Source of the DNA: Longimicrobiales bacterium
GTDB lineage: Bacteria > Gemmatimonadota > Gemmatimonadetes > Longimicrobiales > RSA9
DNA: 64,000 nt
Assembly (NCBI GenBank): GCA_036381195.1
Contig: DASVDH010000112.1
Coordinates: forward strand, 18,757-82,756
Direction: 5' to 3'
Made by a program: the position numbers and the translations under genes. Positions 20,339 through 29,732 of the stretch are shown piece after piece; position 1 is the first letter of the stretch; each line of letters starts with the position of its first letter. Under the pieces are notes generated by a model. The model was not told where the DNA came from and did no database searches. It saw only the letters and a list, made by a program, of their open reading frames with translations.

Positions 20339-20862
20339 TCGGGTGCCGGGATCATGGTGAGCGCCGTGTCGCCGTAGCGCCGCGTCCACTTCCCCGGCAC
20401 CTCCGGCAACGCCTCCTTTGCGCCGTGCTCGATCCAGAGCTGCCGCGCGAACGGCCGGCGCACGAACAGGCGGACCAGCTCGGCCGCGAGCTCGTGCCCG
20501 TACGGTGGATCCGCGAGGGCGAGATCGAACGCGAACGGCTCGAGCGCCGCCGCGTACGCCAGTGCCTCCGCACGCACCACCTCGGCCTGCTGTTCCGCCC
20601 CGAGTCTCGCGATGTTGGCCTTCAGTGTGCGCAGGGCCGGGCCTGCATTCTCCACGAACGTCACCCGCGCCGCGCCCCGCGAGAGCGCCTCCAGCCCCAG
20701 GGCGCCCGAGCCCGCGAACAGGTCGAGCACCTCTGCTCCGGGCAGCTCCGTCTGCAACGCGCTCATCCACGCCTCACGCACCCGGTCCGTGGTCGGGCGC
20801 GTCCGCCGTCCCGGCGGCGCCTGAATGCGATGGCCGCGCCACCGCCCCGCGATGATCCTCAT
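20335..20862 (-). CDS. rsmD: 16S rRNA (guanine966-N2)-methyltransferase
   Basis: 175 aa. Motifs RPTTDRVREA, DLFAGSGALGLEALSRGA and DPPY. Confidence 0.88.
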   Translation of the reverse strand: MRIIAGRWRGHRIQAPPGRRTRPTTDRVREAWMSALQTELPGAEVLDLFAGSGALGLEALSRGAARVTFVENAGPALRTLKANIARLGAEQQAEVVRAEALAYAAALEPFAFDLALADPPYGHELAAELVRLFVRRPFARQLWIEHGAKEALPEVPGKWTRRYGDTALTMIPAPE

Positions 20863-20926
20863 GCCGCGGCCACGGGGCGGGCCGCAGCAGCGCGGCAGCG
20901 GCGCCCGACCCAGGCGGCCGTGCCGC

Positions 20927-22687
20927 TCACTCCCTCGCGACGCTCTCCGCTGGCCGCAGGTCCACCAGGCGAGCTTGCAGCGAGACCCGGTTTCCCCAGC
21001 GGTCCTCCTGGAGCTGGAACGCCACGTCGATCGCGCCTCGACTCACGTCCACCTCCCGCAGCCGCTCCGCCATGCGGAAGCCGATCGCGTCCAGCCGCAC
21101 CCCGTCCTGCACGAGATCGAGCTTCAAATGCCCGTCTCCCACCACGCGAGGGTACCCTGCCACCGAAACGCCGCGCGCCGCGAACACCGGTGCCGGGTTC
21201 CCCGCGCCGAACGGCCCCAGGTGACGCAGGTACCGGTGGAGCTCCGCGTTCGCGTCCGCCAGGCGGAGCTCCACGTCCACCTCCACCTCCGCCACCAGGT
21301 CCTCGGCGGTCAGCGCGGCGCACGCGTGCGCGTTGAACGCCTCCCGGAACTCGTCGATCCGCTCCGGCCGGATCTCCAGGCCCGCCGCGTACTTGTGGCC
21401 GCCGTAGCGCTCCAGGTAGTGCGCGCACGCGCGTAGCGCCTCGTACAGATGGAAGGCCGGGATCGAGCGTGCGCTGCCCCGCGCAGGTCGCCCGCCCTCG
21501 CGCATTGCGATCAGGATCGTCGGCCGGTGGATCCGCTCCACCACGCGAGACGCCACGATGCCGATCACCCCCGCGTGCCAACCGGGCGCCGCCAGCACCA
21601 CCGCGCGGTCCCGCTCCGGGTCGTAGCTCCGCTCGAGGAGCTCGAGCGCCTCCCGCAGGGTCTCCCGATCCGTGATCTGCCGTTCCCGGTTGTCCTCCTC
21701 CAGCCGTTGCGCGAGCGGCTCCGCCTCCGCCTCCGAGTCCGCGAGCAGGAGCCGCACGCCCCATGCGGCCTCGCCCATGCGGCCGACCGCGTTCAGCCGC
21801 GGCCCCAGCACGTGGCTCACGTGACCCGCGACCACGCGCGGCTTGTCCGCGAGCCCCGCCCGCCGCAGCAGCGCGCGCAGCCCGGCGTTCCGCGTGACGG
21901 GGAGCACGCGCAGCCCGTACCGCGTCAGGATCCGGTTCTCTCCCGTGAGCGGGGCCAGGTCCGCGATCGTCGCGATCGCGACCAGGTCCAGGAAGTACCA
22001 CAGCTCCTCCGCCGGCATGCCCCGCGTTGCCCAAAGCGCCTGGCACAGCTTGAACGCCACGCCCGTGCCCGAGAGCGCCTTGTCCGGATACGGGCAGTCC
22101 GCCCGATTCGGGTTGACCACGGCCGCCGCGGCCGGCAGCTCGGGCCCCGGCGTGTGGTGGTCGGTGACCACGACGTCGATCCCCGCCGCCGCCGCGGCCG
22201 CGATCGCGTCGTGCGCCACGATGCCGCAATCCCCCGTCAGGATCAGCCTGGCCCCGGCCTGCACCGCGGCGGCCACGCCTGCCGCGCCCAGGTCGTAGCC
22301 ATCCACCAGCCGCCGCGGCACGAACGGCTGCACCCGGCCCCCCAGCAGCCGCAGCACCCGGGTGTACAGCGCTGTCGCGCAGATCCCGTCCACGTCGTAG
22401 TCCCCATGGACCAGGATCGTCTCGCCGCGGTCCAGCGCGCGGGAGACCCGCTCGACGGCGGCCTCCATGCCCGCCATCACCCACGGGTCGCCCACGCCGT
22501 CCAGCCGCGGCCGCAGGAACCCCTTCGCCCCCTCGATCGTCGAGTACCCGCGCAGGGCGAGGAGCCGGCACAGCGGCTCCGGCAACCGCAGCGCGCGCAT
22601 CAGCGCGGCCACGGCGCGCTCATCCACCGCCCCTCCCCGCTGCACCCAGCGCCGCGGCGGGGCCGGTAGCGCCACCGATGGCGTCAT
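20927..22687 (-). CDS. recJ: Single-stranded-DNA-specific exonuclease RecJ
   Basis: 586 aa. DHH family motifs HGDYDVDGI and VVTDHH, followed by a DHHA1 region. Confidence 0.93.
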   Translation of the reverse strand: MTPSVALPAPPRRWVQRGGAVDERAVAALMRALRLPEPLCRLLALRGYSTIEGAKGFLRPRLDGVGDPWVMAGMEAAVERVSRALDRGETILVHGDYDVDGICATALYTRVLRLLGGRVQPFVPRRLVDGYDLGAAGVAAAVQAGARLILTGDCGIVAHDAIAAAAAAGIDVVVTDHHTPGPELPAAAAVVNPNRADCPYPDKALSGTGVAFKLCQALWATRGMPAEELWYFLDLVAIATIADLAPLTGENRILTRYGLRVLPVTRNAGLRALLRRAGLADKPRVVAGHVSHVLGPRLNAVGRMGEAAWGVRLLLADSEAEAEPLAQRLEEDNRERQITDRETLREALELLERSYDPERDRAVVLAAPGWHAGVIGIVASRVVERIHRPTILIAMREGGRPARGSARSIPAFHLYEALRACAHYLERYGGHKYAAGLEIRPERIDEFREAFNAHACAALTAEDLVAEVEVDVELRLADANAELHRYLRHLGPFGAGNPAPVFAARGVSVAGYPRVVGDGHLKLDLVQDGVRLDAIGFRMAERLREVDVSRGAIDVAFQLQEDRWGNRVSLQARLVDLRPAESVARE

Positions 22688-22720
22688 GGCGGCAAAGCTA
22701 GCGGCTCTTCCGGGACGGGG

Positions 22721-22762
22721 GCAAGAGAAAAACGGGCCGCGTTCCCTCGCAGAACGCGGCCC
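22721..22762 (-). terminator. Rho-independent terminator after the zinc-ribbon gene
   Basis: Minus strand reads GGGCCGCGTT-CTGCGAGGG-AACGCGGCCC followed by GTTTTTCTCTT. The 10-bp perfect stem begins directly after the stop codon. Confidence 0.7.
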
Positions 22763-23470
22763 TCATTCGCCCGGATACAGGATCACGCCGCACGCTTCGC
22801 AGCGTCGCAGCGATCCACCCTGCCGAATCTCGACCTGTTGCTGGATCGGAACCATGCTGAAGCAGTACCCACAAGCCCCATCCGCCATGAGCTGCGCCAG
22901 CACCACCCGCGTCTTGCCCGCACGCACCCGCTCGTACAGCCGCAGCGCTTCCGGCGCCAGCCGCTGGGCGTGGTTCTCCCGCCGGTCGCGCAGGATCGCC
23001 AGCGCCTCCTCCGCACCGGCCCGCTCCACCCGGAGCGCCTCCTTCTTCGGCTCCACCTCGGCCCGCACCCTCGCCAGCTCCCGCTCCAGCTCGTCCACCT
23101 TCAGCTCGGTGCGCGTCACCCGCTCCATCACTTCGAGCGCCTCCTGCTCATCCGCCTCCGCCGCCCGACGCACCAGGTCCAGCTCCGTCCGCGCTGCCGC
23201 CTCCTCCCGTGGGTTCCTCACCCGCTCCAGCCGCTCGCGGTACCGCCGCAACCGTTCCTGCTTCTCCTCCGCCCCACGCTCCAGCCGTCGCGCCTCCTGC
23301 TTCAGCTCGGCGACCTGCGCCCGCAGCGCCTCCAGCTCCCGCTCCAGCGCCAGCGCCGGCGCCTCCACCGATTCCAGCTTCGGCACGTACTCCGCGAGCC
23401 GTTCTTCCGCCCCCTCGATCTCCTGGTCCATCTCCTGTAGCTGCAACAGCGATCTGTAGACTTCTTCCAT
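22763..23470 (-). CDS. Zinc-ribbon domain protein (COG1579/DUF164-like coiled coil)
   Basis: 235 aa. A long Glu/Arg/Leu coiled coil with a C-terminal CGYC...CEAC. The ATG directly follows the dnaG stop. Confidence 0.8.
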   Translation of the reverse strand: MEEVYRSLLQLQEMDQEIEGAEERLAEYVPKLESVEAPALALERELEALRAQVAELKQEARRLERGAEEKQERLRRYRERLERVRNPREEAAARTELDLVRRAAEADEQEALEVMERVTRTELKVDELERELARVRAEVEPKKEALRVERAGAEEALAILRDRRENHAQRLAPEALRLYERVRAGKTRVVLAQLMADGACGYCFSMVPIQQQVEIRQGGSLRRCEACGVILYPGE

Positions 23471-25315
23471 TCACCCTTCCGTGGTTGAGGGTCCCGGCCT
23501 CCGAACCCGCCCCCGTCGGGGATAGGTCCGGTATCTCCGACTGAGCTTAAACCCCAGATCGGACAGCTCCGATCCAAGCCCCTTCAGCTCCGCGGCGATC
23601 GCGAGCCGCTCCCGCCAGATCGCCTCCTCGCGCGCCGGGTCCGCACGCAGCGACTCCGTCTCGAGCTCGTCCAGCCGCTGGAACAGCGAGCGGACCCGCA
23701 GGTCACCCATCGTGTGCCGGAACACGCGGTCTCCGTCGGCGAGGTCCTGCGGATCGCCGAGCAGCTCCTCGAGCAGCCGCCGCGCCGGCGCGGACAGCGG
23801 CCACGCCGCGGGGTCCTGCCCCGGCGCGTCTCCCGCCGCCAGCAGCGCGGCATACAGCTCCCGGGCAGGGCCGTCCGTCAGGTCTTCCGGCCCGAGCACC
23901 TCCGCCGCCGCGCGGACCCGTGCCCGATCGCGCAGCAGCAGCAGCAGCAGCATGCGCTCCGTGGCATCCCGCTGCACCGCCGTCTCGGGCTTCGTCTCGC
24001 GCATCACCCGCCGGTAGGCCGCCGGGCGCTCCAGCGCGAGCTCGCGCTCCAGCGTGTCGCGCCTCACGCCGGTCCGCTCCGACACCCGCGCCACGTAGAT
24101 GTCCCGCAGCTTCGCGTCCGAGACGGCCCGCAGCGTCGGCAGCAGCTTGTCCAGCGCCGTGCGGATGTGCTCCACATCGTCGAAGTAGCGACGCTCTTCC
24201 AGGATCTGGAGCTTCCGCTCCAGCACATCGAGCGCGCCGTCGAGCAGCGGCTTCAGCGCGGCCGCGCCCCCGCCCCGCACCAGCGAGTCCGGATCCTCGC
24301 CCGGCGGCAGCGTCACGACCATCGGGTGCACGCCGGCCGCGAGCAGCGCATCCGCCGTGCGGAACGTCGCCCGCAGGCCCGCCGCGTCGCTGTCATAGAG
24401 CAGCAACGCCCTGCGCGTGTAGCGCGAGAGGAGCTTCGCCTGCTCTTCCGTCATCGCCGTGCCGAGCGGCGCGACCACGTTCTCCACGCCGCGCGCCGCC
24501 AGCGACACGTAGTCCATGTAGCCCTCGACCACGAGGGCTTCCCCCTCGCGCCGGATCGCCTGCTTCGCCCACGCGAGCCCGTACAGCACCTGCCCCTTCT
24601 GGTAGATCGGCGTCTCCGGCGAGTTCAGGTACTTCGGCGCGCCCTCCGCCGCCGTCCCCAGGATGCGTCCACCGAACGCGATCACGCGGCCCGACGCATC
24701 CGTGATCGGAAACATCAGCCGGTGGCGGAACCGGTCGTACGGCTCCGCGCGGCGCTCGCTCTGCTTGATCAGGCCCGCTTCCAGCAGCACCGCGTCCGCG
24801 ATCCCGTGCCGCGCAGCCGCCGCGCGCAGCGCCTCCCACTCATCCGGCGCGTAGCCCAGCAGGAACCGCTCGGCTGCCTCCCGCGGGATGCCGCGCCGCT
24901 CGAGGTACCGCCGCGCCACCTCGCCGGCCGGCTCCTCGCGGAGTTGCCCCTGGAAGAACTCCGCCGCGAACGCCACGGCTTCGTACAGCGGCCGGTGCCG
25001 CTCGTCTCCTTCCCGCCCGCGGCCGGCCTCCGGGATCGCCACGCCCACCCGTTCCGCGACGTGCCTCACCGCATCGTTGAAGCTCAACCCGAGGCGCTTC
25101 ATCAGGAACGAGAACACGTCCCCCGCTTCGCCGCAGCCGAAGCACTTGTAGAAGCCCTTGGCCGGAACGACGTAGAACGAGGGCGTCCTCTCCTGATGGA
25201 AGGGGCACAGCGCACGGAAGTCCTTGCCCGCGCGCTTCAGCGCCACGTGCTCGCCCACGAGCTCGACGATGTCGGCTCGCGACCGGACCTCCTCCACGAT
25301 CTCGTCGGGGATCAT
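23471..25315 (-). CDS. dnaG: DNA primase
   Basis: 614 aa. Zinc finger CPFHQERTPSFYV...CFGC and a TOPRIM region VVEGYMDY. The ATG overlaps the mutS2 stop (ATGA). Confidence 0.93.
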   Translation of the reverse strand: MIPDEIVEEVRSRADIVELVGEHVALKRAGKDFRALCPFHQERTPSFYVVPAKGFYKCFGCGEAGDVFSFLMKRLGLSFNDAVRHVAERVGVAIPEAGRGREGDERHRPLYEAVAFAAEFFQGQLREEPAGEVARRYLERRGIPREAAERFLLGYAPDEWEALRAAAARHGIADAVLLEAGLIKQSERRAEPYDRFRHRLMFPITDASGRVIAFGGRILGTAAEGAPKYLNSPETPIYQKGQVLYGLAWAKQAIRREGEALVVEGYMDYVSLAARGVENVVAPLGTAMTEEQAKLLSRYTRRALLLYDSDAAGLRATFRTADALLAAGVHPMVVTLPPGEDPDSLVRGGGAAALKPLLDGALDVLERKLQILEERRYFDDVEHIRTALDKLLPTLRAVSDAKLRDIYVARVSERTGVRRDTLERELALERPAAYRRVMRETKPETAVQRDATERMLLLLLLRDRARVRAAAEVLGPEDLTDGPARELYAALLAAGDAPGQDPAAWPLSAPARRLLEELLGDPQDLADGDRVFRHTMGDLRVRSLFQRLDELETESLRADPAREEAIWRERLAIAAELKGLGSELSDLGFKLSRRYRTYPRRGRVRRPGPSTTEG

Positions 25316-27768
25316 TCCAGCTCCGCGATCGTCACGCCGGTGCCCCCCTCGGCCGGCGCTCCCGGCCGGAACCCCTTCACTCGCCGATCCGCGCGCAGCG
25401 TCTGCGCGACCACCTCGCGAAGAGCGCCCGTGCCCTTGCCGTGGATGATGCGCAGCGTCGTCAGCTCCGCGCGCGCCGCAGCGTCCACCGCGCGCTCGAC
25501 CTCGCCCGCCGCCTCCTCCGCGCGCAGCCCGCGCAGGTCCACTTCCGGCCGCGCCTCCACCTCCGGCGCGCTCCAGCCCGCGGCGAGCCCGGCGATCGGC
25601 GCCCGCGGTGCTTGCGCCTCCGCGTCTTCCGGCTCCAGCGCGACGAGGCCGGTCAGCGGTACCTGGAGCCGGACGCCGCCCGTCTCCACCGTCGCACGGC
25701 TGTCCCGGATCTCCACCACGGTGCCCACCGCGCCCGTGGCTGCGATGCGGACCCGGTCGCCCGGCTCCGGCGCGCGCGCCGGCGCGAGGCCGGCCGCACC
25801 CGCCTCCACCGCCAGCCCGGGCGTCCGCTCGAGCTGCTTCCGCGCGGCCTCCTCGACCCGCCGCCGCGCCGTGCGTGCCGCCTCCTCGAACGCGGCCGCG
25901 TCCACGGCGGCGCCCATCGCCTCGCGCAGCTCCCGGATCGCCGCCTCCACCTCCTCGCGCGCGCCGAGGAGCAGGTCACGCGCCTGCTGCCGCGCGCGCC
26001 GCTCGGCGTCCCGCTCGCGCTTGCGCACCTCGTGCTCGCGCTGCTCGACCTGCCGCCGCAGCGCCACGAGCTCCTCCCTCGCCGCCTCCGCCTCCGCCAA
26101 CGCCTCAGCCGCGCGACGCTCCTTCTCCTCCAGCTCGACCAGGAGCTGCCCGACCTCGCGCTCCGACTCCGGCTGGTAGGACTCCGCGCGCTCCAGCACG
26201 TCCGCTGGGAAGCCCAGCCCCCGCGCGATCGCCAGCCCGTAACTCCGGCCCGGGATCCCCTTCACCAGCCGGTACGTCGGCTTCAGCTCCCGCGAGTCGA
26301 ACTGCAGCGACGCGTTGACCACTCCCGGTTCCACGCCCGCCAGCAGTTTGAGCTGACCCAGGTGCGTCGTCGCGACGGTGCGCGTCCCGCGCCGCGTCAA
26401 CTCCACCAGGATCGCGCGGGCCAACGCGCCGCCCTCCATCGGGTCCGTGCCGCTGCCGATCTCGTCGATCAGCGCGAGCGCATCCGCGTCCGCGTGCTCC
26501 ACGATCTCCCGCAGGTTCTTCAAGTGCGCGGAGAAGGTGGAGAGGCTCGCCTCGATGGATTGCTCGTCGCCGATGTCCGCGAACACGTTGCCGAACAGGG
26601 GCAGTCGCGTCCCGGCCCCGACCGGCGGGATGATGCCCGCCTGCGCCATCACGCTGATCAGCCCGATCGCTTTCAGCAGCACCGTCTTGCCGCCCGTGTT
26701 CGGGCCGGAGACGAGCAACGTCCGCTCATCCGACTCCAGCGCCAGGTCGAACGGCACCACCGGATCCGGCCCCGCCAGCAGCAGTGGGTGGTAGCCCCGG
26801 ACGACGACGTACCCGCCCGACCCGCGCGGCAGGATCTCCGGTCGTCGCCCGTTGTACTCCAGTGCGTAGCGCGCCCGCGCGTACAGCGAGTCGATCGTGA
26901 TCAGCGCCTCGAGCGTGACCTGGAGCACCTCCCGGTGCGGCCTCAACTTCTCCGTGAGCTCGCGCAGAATGCGCTGCACCTCGCGCGCTTCGGAGAGCTC
27001 CAGCTCGCGCAGGCGGTTCATCAGCTCGATCGCGACCGGCGGCTCCACGAACAGCGTGTTGCCGCTCGCGGACTCGTCATGCACGATGCCGCCGACCTCA
27101 CTCCGCCCCTCGCGCCGCACCGGGATCACGTACCGGCCGTCTCGCACGCTCACGGACGCGTCCGCCACGCGGATCCGGTCCGGCAGCGATGCCATGTACT
27201 GTTCGAGACGTTCCACGATGCGCAGCCGTGCCGCCCGGATCTCGCGCCGCAGCCGCGCCAGCCCGGGCGTCGCCTCGTCTCGCACGTGGCCCGCCTCGTC
27301 GATCGCCTTGCGAATCGCCTGCTCTTCCGCCTCGAGCAGGCGCCGCCGCGCACGCGCCTCCGCCGCTTCCGCTCCGTCCTCCTCACCGCCGCCCAAGAGT
27401 CGGTTCGCGACCTCTGCCAGCAACGGATAGTCGCTCGCGAGGCGCAGCAACGCGCGCCGCGCACTGCGCGCCGACCGCAGCAGTTCTCCCGCGTCGCGCA
27501 ACGCCGCGCCGTCCCAGACCGACCCCTCCACGGCCAGCATCCGCAGCGGCGCGCGCAGGTCCGGCACTGCCGGCGCCACCCAGTCCTGACTCGCCAGGAG
27601 GAACGCCGCCATCTGGTCCACACGGCGGAGCTCCGCGTCCACCCACACGCGGGCATCGGAAGGTTCCAGCGCGCGCACTGCATCCGCGCCCAGCGGGCTC
27701 GCGGCGAACTTCGCCACCAGCTCGAGCGCCTCCGGGAACTGCAGCACCTGCAGCGCGTGCGCGTTCAT
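25312..27768 (-). CDS. mutS2: Endonuclease MutS2
   Basis: 818 aa. Walker A GPNTGGKT and a C-terminal Smr domain (LRIIHGKGTGALR). Confidence 0.93.
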   Translation of the reverse strand: MNAHALQVLQFPEALELVAKFAASPLGADAVRALEPSDARVWVDAELRRVDQMAAFLLASQDWVAPAVPDLRAPLRMLAVEGSVWDGAALRDAGELLRSARSARRALLRLASDYPLLAEVANRLLGGGEEDGAEAAEARARRRLLEAEEQAIRKAIDEAGHVRDEATPGLARLRREIRAARLRIVERLEQYMASLPDRIRVADASVSVRDGRYVIPVRREGRSEVGGIVHDESASGNTLFVEPPVAIELMNRLRELELSEAREVQRILRELTEKLRPHREVLQVTLEALITIDSLYARARYALEYNGRRPEILPRGSGGYVVVRGYHPLLLAGPDPVVPFDLALESDERTLLVSGPNTGGKTVLLKAIGLISVMAQAGIIPPVGAGTRLPLFGNVFADIGDEQSIEASLSTFSAHLKNLREIVEHADADALALIDEIGSGTDPMEGGALARAILVELTRRGTRTVATTHLGQLKLLAGVEPGVVNASLQFDSRELKPTYRLVKGIPGRSYGLAIARGLGFPADVLERAESYQPESEREVGQLLVELEEKERRAAEALAEAEAAREELVALRRQVEQREHEVRKRERDAERRARQQARDLLLGAREEVEAAIRELREAMGAAVDAAAFEEAARTARRRVEEAARKQLERTPGLAVEAGAAGLAPARAPEPGDRVRIAATGAVGTVVEIRDSRATVETGGVRLQVPLTGLVALEPEDAEAQAPRAPIAGLAAGWSAPEVEARPEVDLRGLRAEEAAGEVERAVDAAARAELTTLRIIHGKGTGALREVVAQTLRADRRVKGFRPGAPAEGGTGVTIAELE

Positions 27769-27822
27769 GTCTTTCGCCCTGCTCCCTTCCAGCTACGTCC
27801 TGCCCCTGCCGCCGATGGCCTC

Positions 27823-28260
27823 TCAGCCCAGCTCTTCCCGCACGATGCGGTTCGCCTCGCGCCCGTCGAAGCGGCCCTTGATCCGCGGCATGATCCGGCC
27901 CATCACCTCGCCGATCGACTTCGCCCCGCCGGCGATCGCCTCGCGCACGAGCGCGCGTACCTCCGCCTCACCCAGCGGCGGCGGCAGGTACGCGGACAGC
28001 AGCGCCGCCTCCCGCTCCTCCTTCTCCGCCAGCTCCTCCCGCTTGCCCGCGCGCATCTGCTCTGCTGCTTCCTGCCGGCGCTTGATCGCGCGGCTGAGCA
28101 CCTCGATCGTCTCCTCGTCGCTCAGCTCGTGGCCCAGCTCGATCTCCCGGTTGCGGATGTCCGACAGCGTCGTCGTGAGCAACTCGGTGCGCAGCCGGTC
28201 CCGCTCCCGCCGCGCGGCGTTCAGATCCGAACGGATCCGTTCCTTCAGCTCCGCTGCCAT
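27823..28260 (-). CDS. GatB/YqeY domain-containing protein
   Basis: ATG 28260 (MAAELKERIRSDLNAARRERD...). Typical YqeY pattern ending in GRFDGREANRIVREELG. Confidence 0.85.
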   Translation of the reverse strand: MAAELKERIRSDLNAARRERDRLRTELLTTTLSDIRNREIELGHELSDEETIEVLSRAIKRRQEAAEQMRAGKREELAEKEEREAALLSAYLPPPLGEAEVRALVREAIAGGAKSIGEVMGRIMPRIKGRFDGREANRIVREELG

Positions 28261-28287
28261 GGGCTCCTGCCTCCCTGTCCAGGTCCG

Positions 28288-28313
28288 CCGCGCGGCGCGC
28301 CCGCGCCGCGCGG
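28288..28313. other. Perfect 11-bp GC hairpin in the HIT-yqeY spacer
   Basis: CCGCGCGGCGC-GCCC-GCGCCGCGCGG with no adjoining U-tract. Confidence 0.5.
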
Positions 28314-28333
28314 ATCGTCCGCGCTCCCGCGCC

Positions 28334-28684
28334 TCACCCCGGTGGCCAGTGCATCTGGCGGCCACCCAGGACGTGCAGGTGCACGTGGTCGACGGTCTGG
28401 CCCGCCGCGGGCCCGTTGTTCAGCACGAGCCGGTAGCCCGCGCCCGAGATCCCCTCCTGTCGTGCGACCGCCTTCCCCGCCAGCACCAGCCGCCCGATCA
28501 GCTCGGCGTCCACCTCCTCCAGCGCGTCCACCGCCGGGATGTGACGCTTCGGAACCACCAGCACGTGCGTCGGCGCCTGCGGGTTGATGTCCCGGAACGC
28601 GACCGTGTGATCGTCCTCCCGCACCACTGTGGCCGGCAGCTCCCCCGCCACGATCTTGCAGAAGATGCATTCCGTCGTCGCCAT
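28334..28684 (-). CDS. HIT (histidine triad) family protein
   Basis: ATG 28684 (MATTECIFCKIVAGELP). Histidine triad HVHLHVLGG. Confidence 0.9.
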   Translation of the reverse strand: MATTECIFCKIVAGELPATVVREDDHTVAFRDINPQAPTHVLVVPKRHIPAVDALEEVDAELIGRLVLAGKAVARQEGISGAGYRLVLNNGPAAGQTVDHVHLHVLGGRQMHWPPG

Positions 28685-28820
28685 GCGTGCCTCCTGAGTC
28701 GTTCCCCCAGGTCGAGCCGTTCCCGCGCGGCCCGGCAACCCGGGCTGTCACCCGCGGTTCGCCCACCGGAGCCGGGGCGGGGCTGTCAGCCGGGCTGAGG
28801 TGCCGGAGCGGGGGCCACCC

Positions 28821-28910
28821 CCACCCGCCTCTCGGAGCGCGGAGCGGGGGTCTCCATATCCGAGGGACTGGACGACCGACTCCACCCGCCTCTCGGAGCG
28901 CGGAGCGGGG
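28821..28910. repeat. Two identical 29-nt direct repeats 61 bp apart, with degenerate flanking copies
   Basis: CCACCCGCCTCTCGGAGCGCGGAGCGGGG at 28821-28849 and 28882-28910. Partial copies at 28801-28814 and about 28915-28940. Confidence 0.85.
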
Positions 28911-29043
28911 ACTACCCCCACCTCTCGGGGCGGCCAGGCGGCGGGCCCGCTCGCTTCTCCATCCCCAACCCACCCCGCTATGGCCTTGCCCCTGTCGCCT
29001 CACCATCGTGCGCACCCCTTTCCCGAGGAGGAGGCGCCAGCCG

Positions 29044-29565
29044 ATGATGAGCGAGATCGAGCAGCGCATCCTGACGCTGCTCCGCAGCGACCCCGAGCCG
29101 ATGGTCCCGCTGACCCGGCTCCATGCGGCCCTGGTCGCGGAGCTGGGACCCCGCTCCGGCACCTACGCCCAGCTCCGCGAGCGCATCCGCCGCCGGCCCG
29201 ACCTCTTCCTCCTCATCGAGCCGCTGCCCGCGCCCTGGTCCGACGACTCCTGGCCCGCCGACCTCAAGGGCGAGTACGAGCGCGCCCTGCGCGACGCCGG
29301 GCTCGAGGCAGGGCCGCACGTCGCCATCGCCGGGCCGGATGACGGCCCGCGCGGGCTCGCCGCCCCTGCGCCCGGCGCCGCGCCCGTGCTCCGCGCGCTC
29401 CAGGCCTCCCTCGTCCAGCTCTGGGCCGCCGCCGCAGGCGATCCGCAGCTCCAGGCCGAGCTGGTCGAAGCGCTCGGCCAGGCCGAGGAGGTCCGCCGCG
29501 TGCTCGAATCGCACGTCGCTCCGCCCGCCTCGACCCCGGCCGCGCCCGAGCGCGGCACCGGCTGA
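29044..29565 (+). CDS. Hypothetical protein; the only plus-strand gene in the window
   Basis: ATGATG is preceded by GAGGAGGAGG 9 nt upstream. Third-codon positions are almost all G/C over 173 codons. I recognise no family (MMSEIEQRILTLLRSDPEPMVPLTRLHAALVAELG...). Confidence 0.7.
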   Translation: MMSEIEQRILTLLRSDPEPMVPLTRLHAALVAELGPRSGTYAQLRERIRRRPDLFLLIEPLPAPWSDDSWPADLKGEYERALRDAGLEAGPHVAIAGPDDGPRGLAAPAPGAAPVLRALQASLVQLWAAAAGDPQLQAELVEALGQAEEVRRVLESHVAPPASTPAAPERGTG

Positions 29566-29732
29566 GGCCCGCCGGGTCATCGCCCCGCCGTCAGCGTCGC
29601 GCCGCACAGCGGCAGCCGCCGCCGCCCGTCCGTCGCAGCGCAGCGCGGTGCCCCGGCCCGCGGACCGGGCTCCTCAACCCGCGAGCCGGCCGCCTCAACC
29701 GGCGAGCAGGCCTCCTCGGCGGACCGGCCGCC

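Noticed and set aside
28800-29342. A plus-strand 180-aa ORF reading through the 29-nt repeats, with ASRSAERG occurring twice.
   Set aside because: It merely translates the non-coding direct repeats and then overlaps the better-supported 29044..29565 frame. No SD or family signal is present.
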